From Octopus sinensis (taxonomy: Eukaryota), in assembly GCF_006345805.1 (NCBI RefSeq), contig NC_043017.1, positions 28,334,001 through 28,398,000 of the forward strand: a DNA stretch of 64,000 nucleotides. Reading direction: 5' to 3'. The position numbers and the translations under genes are program-made. Of the stretch, positions 27,134 through 39,025 are shown piece after piece; positions within the stretch are counted from its first letter, which is position 1, and every line of letters begins with the position of its first letter. The notes below the pieces were generated by a model. It was not told where the DNA came from and did no database searches. It was given only the letters and a program-made list of their open reading frames with translations.

Positions 27134-27823
27134 TGTGTGTGTGTGTGTGTGTAATATGGAGGTGAAAATAGCACAAAAGTAAATCTAAGACATTTAAATT
27201 TAAGATGGAAATTAATAAAATGATTTTAAATGATATGTAAAGAAAATATTATCGGTTTCGATGAGTAATTTCATCTTATCAAATATCAGTAAAAACACTT
27301 TATCATCTGTCAGAGGGTCATGTGTGTGTATTTTTCTAGAGATTTTCATTTTCAGACTTCGACCCCTACCCAGAGCTACTTTGTCATTAAGTTTACCGGT
27401 CCGATGAAATAAAGTTCTGATCTAGTATAGGCTTCGACTGAATCGGGTGCATCATTCTTATCAACACCACCGCTACTTGAAATGTCTGGCATCAAAGTAG
27501 CCGCAACATGGTCACTCGACGTGCGATAAATAAGCAGCCAGATCTATCTAAATTCCACTATCACTGTCTTAGAACAGCATACAATGACCGATGTAGTTCT
27601 GTATCTCCTGCACTTAGGAAAGAGACATACATATCTGGACAGGAAGGTCTTTCATAAAATATTTCTGTTGACCAATGTTGTCCTTGGGCTAAATGACAAC
27701 AACCATTACATGTGCGAAATAATCAATTTAGCAGTAACAATACGTACTGAGTTCCTGGGTTCAAATCACGTCAAGAATGTCCTTTTGTTTTTATACACAT
27801 TGGTATTAATGAAATATGTATTA

Positions 27824-28052
27824 ACAGGAGTGGCTGTGAGGTTCCGGGTTCAGTCCGACAGCGTGGCACCTTGGGCGAATGTCTCCCACTATAGCCTCGG
27901 GCCGACCAAAGCCTTGTGAGTGGATTTGGTAGATGGAAACTGAAAGAAGCCCGTCGTATGTGTGTGCTTGTGTGTCCGTACATCATCGTTTGACAACCGA
28001 TGCTGGTGTGTTTACGTCCCCGTAAATTTGCGGTTCGGCAAAAGAGCCCGTA
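27824..28052 (+). mobile_element. SINE group B, partial
   Basis: CAGGAGTGGCTGTG head, GGGCCGACCAAAGCCTTGTGAGTGGATTTGGTAGATGGAAACTGAAAGAAGCCCGTCG central domain; 3'-truncated. Confidence 0.85.
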
Positions 28053-28939
28053 GTAGACAAAACTAACTAAACACGCATGCGCAAAAGTTGGTATGCAATT
28101 GCTTAGTACAAGTGAGGGGGGTCTTTTTTTGTTTTGTTTTTTCCTTTATCTGTTTCTTTTTCAGGATAAGAATTCTATGATTCAATGTTCATTTCAGCTA
28201 ATTCTTGAGATACTGAAATAACATGTTAAAGGACATAGAATTACAGAATACTTATCCTAAAAAGGGAATAGACAAAAGAAGACAAAGCGAAAGAACATCC
28301 CATTAATATTAAGCAAATGTAAACCAGCTTTTGTCCACCCCTGTATTTATGGGGTTGGAAGACAGCGAAATGACAGAATCATTACGGTGTCGGACAATGT
28401 GCTTGGCGGTATTTCTTCCGGCACTTTTTCTTTTCAGTTCAAATGTTTCAGAGATTGTCTGTATCTTTCGTCTTCTCAGTGTCGATAAAATAAATACCAA
28501 TCGAGTACTGAAGTCGATGTTAGTGGCTTACGCCTTCCCTCACAATTGCTGGCTTTGTATCAAACTTTGAAATGATTATGTATAAATTTGGTAAGGGCGA
28601 CGGATATTTGAGTTGTTAGGTGCCAAATAAGATGCCTTGTATCATTTATCCCGGGCTTCTTGTTCTAATTTTAAAGTTATCAGTGTTCAGCTTCCCCTTT
28701 CATCTTTCCGAGATCAATAAAACAAAGTACCAGTCATGTACTGGGGTGAGATATAATCAACCATTTTAATTCCTCGAATTTCTGGCTTTGTACTTATATC
28801 CTAAAAAATACGTATGAGCGTGGTTAGTGAGAGGAATGGTAAAATGCAGCACCAAATATCAGGTGACATCTATTATCTGACTTGTTTCAGCCATTGGAAT
28901 TCGATACTGTCATTGTAATGAGCTAACGTTAACTGATTA

Positions 28940-29165
28940 CAATAATCCCCCGACTATCGTGGGTGTTACGTCCCAAAACACCTCGCGATAAGTGAAAATC
29001 GGCAAAGTAGAAACAGAACTGTACTGTATATATTTTTAAAAAATTATTTTCATAATTTGCGTATATTTATTTCATTATAAATGCAAAACAACACTACAGA
29101 GGAATCGACGCAAGCTTAAATAATAAATCGCGATAGGTGAACGGCAATATGGCATGGGATTACTC
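28940..29165. mobile_element. Tc1/mariner/pogo-type MITE
   Basis: TA|CAATAATCCCCCG...ATGGGATTACTC|TA imperfect TIRs with TA TSD; internal CGCGATA(A/G)GTGAA subterminal repeats. Confidence 0.65.
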
Positions 29166-29804
29166 TATAACAAATCTTTCGTTGTCGAGGGGATACGCGA
29201 TTTGAAAGAAATTTGGCTATTATTTCTAGCAGGCTGAGTGATCAAAAGGAAGTCCCCTTTTCTCCCTTGCACTTAATATTGTATAGATAGAAGCTGTGGT
29301 AAAACAAGAAAACTTTGAACAAAATTTCATTCCAAGTCAAATAACCGCAATTTCCTACAGCCACTCCTGCGCCTGGGGATGGTCATTATTATTATTATTA
29401 TTTTTGCCCTTTAACCACACGTACTACATACTCGTTCTTCACTTCAGCTATATTATTATTATTATTATTATTATTTTAGTGTCCTTTGTTTGAAATATTT
29501 ATTCACACGTCCTGTGACCTCTTAAGCGACTCTGTATATTTTTAAATATCCAGGTGGTACATAGATAGTCCTTCGGTACAACAATGGGCTTAACGTACCG
29601 CGGTGCATCGTTGAAAAGGCGATGCTATTTTGTTTTAAAATAAGAAAGTACAAGGTTGATTGTATAATGATCGATTTGTAAAAAGATGAAGGTGGTACAC
29701 TCACTGATGGAATGTTTCTGATAATACATCTGCTCACAGTAACTCTGAGATGAAGGCTAAACGCCAGCTACAAGCACATATGCTCATGCCATTGAAGAAA
29801 ATTT

Positions 29805-30206
29805 GGATTTTCGGTTTGAACGGCAGTTTTTAACATAATTTCTAGGTAACTAAAAAATTTTTAAATTCGTATACTGGTAGAATGTGTTTATAAAACATCT
29901 TTTTCTCTTGGCTTTATTGAGAAAATTCTATAGTTTGTAAGATATTTGTTGTTGTTTTTTTCTTCAATTTCAAACAATCAGTGACGTCTATTGAGGTAAA
30001 AAAAAAACATTCTGTGCCGTATGAATATGTCCATCGTTTAAGAAACAGATTGGGTTTATTTACATTTGTGAAGAAGATACCCGTCTCCCTACCCCTAACC
30101 CTAAAATAGATTGAAATGCAATAGATCGATACTAGGGTCATAATTATGGGTGACAATTTCATATGACACCGCTAGAAAAAAACTGCCGTTCAAACCGAAA
30201 AGATCC
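29805..30206 (-). mobile_element. GGATC-ended MITE (about 400 bp), 8-bp TSD
   Basis: TIR GGAT(CT)TTTCGGTTTGAACGGCAGTTTT; exact TSD GAAAATTT at 29797-29804 and 30207-30214. Confidence 0.92.
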
Positions 30207-30333
30207 GAAAATTTAATAATTGATTACTTTATTGATGGTCCTATATCAATAAATGCAGCCGGCTGCAAACACACGTTATCAGTGAGACTGAAGTGGATTT
30301 TAAGTAACCTTCCCACTGACGAAATGCGTTGCA

Positions 30334-30549
30334 TTTACTCTTTTACTTCTTTCAGTCATTTTGACTGCGGCCATGCTGGAGCACCGCCTTTTAGTCGAGC
30401 AAATCGACCCCGGGACTTATTCTTTTGTAAGCCTAGTACTTATTCTATTGGTCTCTTTTGCCGAACTGCTAAGTGAGGGGGACGTAAACACACTAGCATC
30501 GGTTGTCAAGCAATGCTAGGGGGACAAACACAGACACACAAACACACAC

Positions 30550-30584
<35 letters not shown>

Positions 30585-30725
30585 TATACATATATACGAC
30601 AGGCTTCTTTCAGTTTCCGTCTACCAAATCCACTCACAAAGCATTGGTCGGCCCGGGGCTATAGCAGAAGACACTTGCCCAAGATGCCACGCAGTGGGAC
30701 TGAACCCGGAACCATGTGGTTGGTT
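30334..30725 (-). mobile_element. SINE group B (5' head truncated) with internal TA microsatellite
   Basis: Matches other group B copies. Confidence 0.9.
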
Positions 30726-30834
30726 ATTTAAGGCATAGAATAAAGTATTTGTAACCTAGACGATCTCTATAGTACGATAAACGTTACTGGTGGTTCTGTA
30801 GTCAAGACAAAACTTTGGTAGTTATCAGAGAAGA

Positions 30835-31439
30835 GGCGGCGAGCTGGCAGAATCGTTAGCGCGCCGAGCGAAATGTGTAGCTGTATTTCGTCTGCCGTTA
30901 CATTCTGAGTTCAAATTCCGCCGAGGTCGACTTTGCCTTTCATCCTTTCGGGATCGATTAAATAAGTACCAGTTACGCACTGGGGTCGATATAATCGACT
31001 TAATCCGTTTGTCTGTCCTTGTTTGTCCCCTCTATGTTTAGCCCCTTGTGGGCAATAAAGAAATAGAAATAGGTATTTCGTCTGTCGTCACGTTCTGAGT
31101 TCAAATTCCGCCGAGGTCGACTTTGCCTTTCATCCTTTCGGGGTCGATAAATAAAGTACCAGTTACGTACTGGGGTCGATGTAATCGACTTAATTCCTTT
31201 GTCTGTCCTTGATTGTCCCCTCTGTGTGTAGCCCTTTGTGGGTAATAAAGAAATAGGCATTTTGTCTGTCGTTACGTTCTGAGTTCAAATTTCGCCGAGG
31301 TCCACTTTGCCTTTCATCCTTTCGGGGTCGATAAATAAAGTACCAGTTACGCACTGGGGTCGATGTAATCGACTTAATTCCTTTGTCTGTCCTTGTTTGT
31401 CCCCTCTGTGTGTAGCCCCTTGTGGGCAGTAAAGAAATA
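30835..31439 (+). mobile_element. SINE group A trimer: one head + three tail-1 units
   Basis: Junctions AAAGAAATA(GAAATA)|GGTATTTC at 31071/31072 and AAAGAAATA|GGCATTTT at 31255/31256; 184-bp period. Confidence 0.92.
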
Positions 31440-31828
31440 TATATGGTAACATTTGTTCGTCAATAATAGCAAAACTCAGTCTTACATCAGCGGGTGCATG
31501 CTTACATGTAGAGTCACGGAATCATTAGATTTGTGCGTAATTTCGTCATTAAATCCAAGTAAAACTGATAACATATTTATTAGCATAAACCATTATGCCG
31601 TTACACCGGGGTAACTAAAAAAAAGATCTAAAGCATAAAGCCGCTTTATAAAATCACAAACATCCCCTGGGTGTACATGCAATATTCTGCCGGTTTTTAC
31701 ACATATATATTTATGGAAGTATGTAAGATTTTCGCTTTAATTAAAATCGATTATATTTTGGCTGCACCTAACTGAACAGAACTATGAGGAATTACATACT
31801 TACTTTGATCATGTTGTGTTGTTTCAAG

Positions 31829-32450
31829 GGATCTTTGCCTTTTGAACGGCAGACAATTTCTAGTTAACTAAACACTTTTAAACTTCTTATACTGGTAGAA
31901 TGTGTCAAAATAAAACATTTTTTTCTCTTGGCTTTCTTGAGAAAATTATAATTTGTTTGTTTAACGTAGTTTAATTTTTCGAATTTTAACCAATCTTATG
32001 CCCTTTATTTAGCTAAACTCTTTTGCTGCGTCTAAAACTGAGACAACATCCTGTAACTAACCCTAAACCTCCCCCCTAACCCTAATTTTTTTTTCTTAAT
32101 TGTTAAATTAATTTAATTGTTACCGGTGTAAAAAAAATAAAGCAATGGAATTAAATTAATTTAACAATTAAGAAAAAAAATTTAGGGTTAGGGGGAGGTT
32201 TAGGGTTAGTTACAGGATGTCTCAGTTTTAGACGTAGCAAATGATTTTAGTTCAATGGAGGTAATCGAATGGTTAAAATTGCTGAAATGCTCGGATTTTC
32301 AGACGAAATATCTTGCAAACTATAGAATTTTCTCAATAAAACCAAGAGAAAATTATGTTTTATAAACACATTCTACTAGTATACGAAGTTTAAAAGTGTT
32401 CAGTTGACTAGAAATTGTGTTGACATCTGCCGTTCAAAAGGAAAATATCC
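31829..32450. mobile_element. Fold-back MITE related to the GGATC family, with TAACCC/TTAGGG blocks
   Basis: Exact 8-bp TSD GTTTCAAG (31821-31828, 32451-32458); the two halves are long inverted repeats. Confidence 0.88.
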
Positions 32451-33229
32451 GTTTCAAGCAACAAGATTACATTAATCAATGTACCCTTCACTTATAGAGT
32501 AAATGTGATTTGAGAGAAGTTTGCCTGCTAATTCAACCACGCTGAACGTACTCATATCGCAAAAGCAGTGGGGTGAAATCTTTAATGACGGAACCTGATT
32601 TCATATCACATTTGAAGGAGTTTTATGTATAAAATTCCTCAAACACCGAGAGCAAACAATTATCGCTTCATTCAAGATTCCAAATAAATCACAATTAATT
32701 ACACCTGACAAGAAAAAATCGGTTTGGATGCTGTAACCTTAAATATATTTAATCTCAAATAACAACGGGATGGCCACGACTAACATGTGTTTTATCACAG
32801 GTGAGGCTCTTATAGGAGTGTCAGGTGCTGTTTGAAGCTAAAGACCAGAATGCCTTTCATTGCTTTAACATTCGTTGTGTGTGTGTGTATGAGAGAGAGA
32901 GAACTCATACGTAGAGGGATACAAGCATTTTGAGTAATTCAAGACTCATTTACCATTACTGCAATTGGAATCCGTGTGATAAAACGTGACACGGCTACGC
33001 CATTGAATTTAAATTATATTCCATTCGACTGCCTTGCACATATTTTTCGTGTAATTATCTTCTTCTTAGTTCCACTTACAAGTCATGTTAGGGACCGATG
33101 TTTGTATAAAAGACGGTTGTGCGTGAACCATGTTGTGGGACCGAACTGTCAACCGTCTCTTTGGGATGAGAAGGTTGACAGTTCAATCCCACAATATAGT
33201 ATATAATATAATAATGGTAATTTCAATTT

Positions 33230-33915
33230 TGGGTTCAAAGTGAGCAATTTCGGGGTGTCTATAGCATCTAGCCCAGTACTCTACTGGTACTTATTTTATA
33301 GACCCCGCAAGGATAAAACGTAAAGTCGATCCCAGCGGCAATTGAACTCAGAATGTGTAGACAGACGAAATACGGCAATGCATCTTGACCGGCGTGCTAA
33401 CGTTTCTGCCAGCTCACCGCCTTAAAAATTTAATAACAATCCTTTCTATTAAAGGCACAAAACTTGAAATTTTGGAAGGGTAGGCTAGTGGATTACATCA
33501 ATCACTATGTTTCAATAACATTTAATTTATCGACACCGAAAGGATGAAATGTAAAGTTGACCACACCGGAATTTGAACTCAGAACGTAAAGACAAATGAA
33601 ATGCCGCTAAGCATTTTATCCGAAGTGCTAATGATCTCTCAGCTCACCGCTTTATAATAATAATAATAATAACAATAATAATAATAATTATTATTATTAT
33701 TATTATTTCAAATTTTTGCCACAAGAGCAGCTTGGTGAAGGTGGGTGGGTGTCGATTACATCGATCCTAGCGTTCAACCGGTAACTGTTTTATCGACCCC
33801 GAAAGGAGGAAAGGCAAAGTTGACATCGGAGGAATTTGAACGCAACGTAGCGACGGGCGAAGTACGGCTATGCATTTCGTCCAGCGTGCTAACTATTCTG
33901 CCAGCTCGCCGCCTT
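33230..33915 (-). mobile_element. Three consecutive old SINE group A copies
   Basis: Heads end near 33422, 33652 and 33914; AAT tracts between them. Confidence 0.82.
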
Positions 33916-33944
33916 AATAATAATAATAATCATAACAATAATAA

Positions 33945-34342
33945 TTTTCTACTTTAAGAATAAGGCCCATAATTTTGGGGAAGGGGCCAGTCGATTAGAT
34001 TGATCCCAGTACGAAACTGGTACTTAATTTATCGACGCCGAAACTATGAAACTTAAAGTCGACCTCGGGTGAATTTGAGCTCAGAATATAAAAAAAAAAA
34101 CTGACGAAATAACTATTTCTTTACTACCCACAAGCGGCCAAACACATAGGGGACGAACAAGGACAGACAAACGGATTAAGTCGATTATATCGACCCCAGT
34201 GCGTAACTGGTACTTATTTAATCGACCCCGAAAGGATGAAAGGCAAAGTCGACCTCGGCGAAATTAGAACTCAACGTAACGGCAGGCGAAATACCGCTAA
34301 GCATTTCGCCCGACGTGCTAACGTTTCTGCCAGCTCTCCGCT
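33945..34342 (-). mobile_element. SINE group A composite: head + tail-1 unit + diverged tail-2 unit
   Basis: Junction at 34113/34114 (plus strand GAAATAAC|TATTTCTTT). Confidence 0.88.
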
Positions 34343-34535
34343 TTTATAATCATAATAATACAATCATGGCTTCATTTCTCCTCTCACCAGAGAACTTTTT
34401 CTTATGGTGGGAATAAACTGATAATGGTTGCTGCTACAGTTACGGTTATGAAAGATTAGCCTTCACTGAATGCAGTATGAATACCGACCTAGCGCTCCCA
34501 AAGGAGAAGAGAGGTTATTTATTTATATATATATA

Positions 34536-35817
34536 TATCTATACAATATGTTACATTACTCGGTAGTCAAGATAAAACTCTGAGTTTCAGACGGTTGTCA
34601 ATTTCTTAGACGTTTCCTTAGATCTTAATAATAATATTTATAAGCCTTATAGGAAGCCCAATGATAGACTAAGTTATATTAATGTAGGTTCATGCCATCC
34701 CCCTATAGTATTCAAAAATTTAGTTAAAAATATTAGTAAGAGGATTTCTAGCCTCTCATCTAATGAGGACATCTTCAATAGCGTTGCCCCAGTTTATAAT
34801 AAAGCTTTAAAAGATAGTGGTTTTAGCGAAAAAATAAAATATACACCTATCACCAGCCCAACAATAAGGAAAAGGAATAATAGAAATAGGAAGGTCATCT
34901 GGTTTACGCCCCCTTACTCACCCGAGGTGGCCTTCAATATAGGTAAATATTTCCTAGCACTGATAGATAGACATTTTCCAGTTAACCATGCTTAGAGGAA
35001 ACTCTTCAATAGACACAATTTAAAAATTAGTTTTAGTTCAACTACCAATTTTAAAAACATAATCAATCATAACATACAAAAAACACAAGAAGAAAACAGC
35101 TGTTCATGCAGGAATAAAGAATTGTGCCCGCTAAATGGAGCTTGCATTTCCAAGACCATCATATATGAAGCTACCGTAAACTCTATAACCACTAAAGACA
35201 CCGTTTCGACGAAGAAATACGTGGGCCTGACAGAGGGTAATTTCAAGGCCAGGTTCAATAATCACACTTTGAGCTTTAGGCACTGGAACAAAAGAAAAGC
35301 GACACAATTATGCAATCATATTTGGTCTTTAAGAGATAAAGGTGTCGATTATAACATACAATGGAAGATTTTGGCCAGATGTAAGCCCTATACTAACGGC
35401 AGCGGAAGGTGCGGTTTATGCGACATGGAGAGATGGCTTATCTGAAAAAGCAGCTTAGACCCTACCACATGTCTAAATACAAGGACAGAGCTTTTCGGAT
35501 CATGCCCACATGTGACTAAATTTCTGTTACATTTTTGGTCCCCTAAAGAAATAGGATAGAACATGCTTTCTGTGTTATGTCCCAAGAAGATTTTATATAT
35601 TTTTATATATTTTTATGACGAATAATGCGAGCGATGTATAAGTACGCAGGCAAAGCAGAGTTATAACAGAGTAATTTCCCTTCATTTTTAACGGTATTTT
35701 TTCATAACGTTTTCAAATAGCCAGATAACCGAAGAGATGGTGTTGTGGATTTCCACTTCGGCATCTGAAACTCAGTTTTATCTTGACTACCGAGTAATGT
35801 AACATATTGTATAGATA
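34536..35817 (+). mobile_element. Penelope-like element, 5'-truncated: RT thumb + GIY-YIG endonuclease, with inverted partial pLTR
   Basis: One frame 34591-35559 with two stops (34993, 35443): VNFLDVSLDL..YKPYRKPN..HPP, RKVIWFTPPYS, CSCRNKELCPLNGAC..IIYEATV, KYVGLTEGNFKARFNNH, CGLCDME. 34536-34593 is the reverse complement of 35762-35817. Confidence 0.93.
35724..35782 (+). ncRNA. Candidate type I hammerhead ribozyme in the Penelope pLTR
   Basis: Helix I GATAA/TTATC; core CCGAAGA (U4 to C); stem II GATG/CATC with inner GTGGA/TCCAC hairpin; extra T; GAAA; near-palindromic stem III AACTCAGTT; GUU cleavage triplet. Confidence 0.6.
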
Positions 35818-36622
35818 AATTTCCTCTATTTACATAATATTGAGGTCTCTTACCGTTTTATCAATATATATATATATGTATGTATGTATATGCATGTATG
35901 TATATGCATGTATGTATATGTATCTATATATACATATATGGATGTATATATACATATATGTATGTACATATACATATGCATGTATGTATATATACATATA
36001 TGTATGTATATATACATATACATATGCATGTATGTATATATATATCTATATATGTATGTATATATACATACGTATGTATGTATATACATACATACATATG
36101 TACATATGTATGTGGGTGTGTATGTGTTTCTCCCACCATCATTCCTTGACACTGTGTGTTGGTTTAAGTTCTCGTAACATAACGACTCAACAAAAGAGAC
36201 CGATAAATTATGTATCACACTTTAAGAAATTAACGCTGAAATTGTCTTTCCATTCTACATCTTTAATTAACAAATAAATATATTATTTTAGTGAATTGGC
36301 AGAGTCATTATAATGTTAGAAAAACTGCATTATGTTAATTTTCCTACACTTTTCTCTCTGAGTTCCTATTCCGTCGCGGCAAACATCAACTTTTGACCTT
36401 TAGATATCGATAAACTACTAGTTAAATACTGGGGTCCATTTCTCCTCTCTTTTGGAATCGGCCCCATGAAAGGAACGAGAAAAGACATTCACAACGTGGC
36501 CCCCATTAACCTTTTTGCTTCCTCCCTGTTGTAACGACTAGAAAATAAGTATTAAATGCTACCCACAAACATACACACTCACTTCCCTTCAATATACGTC
36601 GCCTATAAAATGTTTGTGTGAA

Positions 36623-36955
36623 TGGATTGATGGAGTGAGGAAAACTTTGGTAGTTAAAGGTGTTGGAGTGAGAGAGGCAAGAGAGTTTATAAATGATTGG
36701 AAAGCTTGGAGAAGGTTTGTGGAGGGTTGAGTGAATTGATGTTGCTCAAAGGGATACGGAACCAGTATGATGCGGCGGGGATAAACCATCATATGCTCTC
36801 GAACCCCGCTGATAATATTGTGGGTTCTTTCTATGCCTTGACTCGAGCATAGGACGGGGTTCACCTTTTTGAACTGGGAAATGAATGGACTACCTGGGGT
36901 GCGTCCCGTTGTGGCTACCCCCTCCTATGGGAAACAGTCGTTGGTAAATATTTAA
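36623..36955 (+). mobile_element. RTE-clade LINE 3' end
   Basis: WIDGVRKTLVVKGVGVREAREFINDWKAWRRFVEG* (36623-36730) matches the RTE C-terminal WxDxV...DRxxWR motif; GC-richer putative 3'UTR follows. Confidence 0.6.
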
Positions 36956-37201
36956 AAACTGTTTCATAGTGCGTAACGTGAAATTTTGAATTAACTCTAC
37001 AGTGTATCCGAGCACAATTCAGAAAGAGGTTATTCTTGGTACATATAACTTGCATAATGGTTTCGTTTATTGTTTGAGAAAAGCACACTTAATCAGCCAC
37101 GTGGCAATGACATTGATAAAGAATTACGTGGGGTACTTTTCCATTTATATTTTTGCTAAAAGACCTATAAATGTGAACAAAAAAGAATAAAATTATCAAT
37201 T

Positions 37202-37609
37202 AGGTGCAGGAGTGACTGTGTGGTAAGTAGCTTGCTTACCAACCACATGGTTCCGGGTTCAGTCCCACTGCGTGGCACCTTGGGCAAGTGTCTTCTACTA
37301 TAGCCTCGGGCCGACCAAAGCCTCGTGAGGGGATTCGGTAGACGGAAACTGAAAGAAGCCTGTCGTGTGTGTGTGCGTGTGTGTGCGTGTGCGTGTGCGT
37401 GCGTGTGCGTGTGTGCGTGTGTCCCAACATCACTTGACAACTGATGCTTGTGTGTTTACGTCCCCGTAAGCTAGCGGTTCGGCAAAAGAGACCGATAGAA
37501 TAAGTACTGGGCTTACAAAGAATAAGTCCTGGGGGTCGATTTGCCGGACTTACAGGCGGTGCTCCAGCATGGCCGCAGTCAAATGACTGAAACAAGTAAA
37601 CGAGTAAAG
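37202..37609 (+). mobile_element. SINE group B, full length, internal (GT/GCGT)n
   Basis: Head, central domain and tail all present. Confidence 0.92.
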
Positions 37610-38028
37610 TCAATCATTCAATGACATTTACTTCTCATGCTGACCTCCTGGATCAGGTAGGCCTCAATAACAAGGTTATCCATACCTAGGTCTTGATATA
37701 CATGTTAGTTTTCTGTCGTACTGTGTTGCATCAGGAAATTAGAATTAAATTCGTATTTTTTGACCGGAACGTTCTCTCGTACATTTTGTTGAAGTTGTTG
37801 TCCAGCACAAGTTCTTATGAGAGTAACAACGAAACGTGATCCCTCTTCAAAGATGTTAGATTTTGATATTCTGCATAAATGATCAAAATTAGGACAGCAA
37901 TCAGAGGTGGGATCGGGGTAAATGGAACCGATTTTATTAAACAAAAATACAAACAGTAAACGCAACAACATTCTTCTTAGTGTATTTAGTGAAGAAGTCG
38001 ACGGGAGGGTCAATAGGTTAACTGTATA

Positions 38029-38256
38029 TATTTCTTTATTACCCACAAGGGGCTAAACATAGAGGGGACAAACAAGGACAGACAAAGGGATTAAGTCGGT
38101 TACATCGACCCCAGTGCGAAACTGGTACTTTATCGACCCCGAAAGGATGAAAGGCGATGTCGACCTCGGCGGAATTTGAACTCCGAACGTAACGACAGAC
38201 AAAATACCGCTAAGCATTTCGCCCGACGCGCTAACGTGTCTGCCAGCTCGCTGCCT
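38029..38256 (-). mobile_element. Young SINE group A (tail 1)
   Basis: 13-bp TSD GGTTAACTGTATA at 38016-38028 and 38262-38274. Confidence 0.92.
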
Positions 38257-38640
38257 AAATGGGTTAACTGTATAGACAGATCGAAGGACAAATGCCTTAC
38301 TTCTGAGTTTCAATGACGTCAGAGTCAGCGTCGTCTATGAGTATATTGGGGGTAACTACGTGGTATTCGTAACATTAGTGCAAAGGGGGCTTTTCTCTCA
38401 CATGCTTGGTTGATGACAAAAGCGGTAGAATGTCGTAAGCAATAACTTGACGCTCTAAGTTCAAATTATGTCGCAAACGACTTCTTTTTATTTTTCTCTC
38501 AATGCTTGAAATACTGACGGTTAATAAACGATTGTATCACTCCAAAATATACCGATACATATTTCATGATTTTCTTGAGATGAATAAGAAAAATGAATTC
38601 ATTTACATTATTTACAATTGACGGATATTTATCCTCATCT

Positions 38641-38690
38641 AGTTAACACAACGTTTCGGCTGGTATACCCGCCAGCCTTCATCTTGTGCC
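38641..38690 (-). ncRNA. Minimal type I hammerhead motif, left arm (core degenerate: AAGATGA)
   Basis: GGCAC AAGATGA A GGCTGG cgggtata CCAGCC GAAA CGT T GTGTT. Confidence 0.65.
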
Positions 38691-38979
38691 TTGGGGAAAT
38701 TTCGAACCTGGGTTCTCATTCCTAAGGTATTTTTGATATTATTATTATTCAGGTCACTGCCTGGAATCGAATTCGGAAACTTGGGATTAGTAGCCCGCGC
38801 TCTTAACCACTACGCAATATGCCCGGGCATATGGCGTAGCGATTAAAAGTGCGGTCTACTAACCCCAAGATTCCGAGTTCGATTCCAGGCAGTGACCTGA
38901 ATGATAATGATAATAATAACAACAACAACGTCATCAAAAATACCTTAGGAATGAGAACCCAGGTTCTAAATTCCCCCAA

Positions 38980-39025
38980 AACACCTGATATAGGTTGGCG
39001 GGTATATCAGCCGAAACGTTGTTTT
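38980..39025 (+). ncRNA. Minimal type I hammerhead motif, right arm (core degenerate: CTGATAT)
   Basis: AACAC CTGATAT A GGTTGG cgggtata TCAGCC GAAA CGT T GTTTT. Confidence 0.65.

Noticed and set aside
32040-32215. True telomere or interstitial telomeric fusion site
   Set aside because: Only a few degenerate TTAGGG units, located inside a TSD-flanked MITE.
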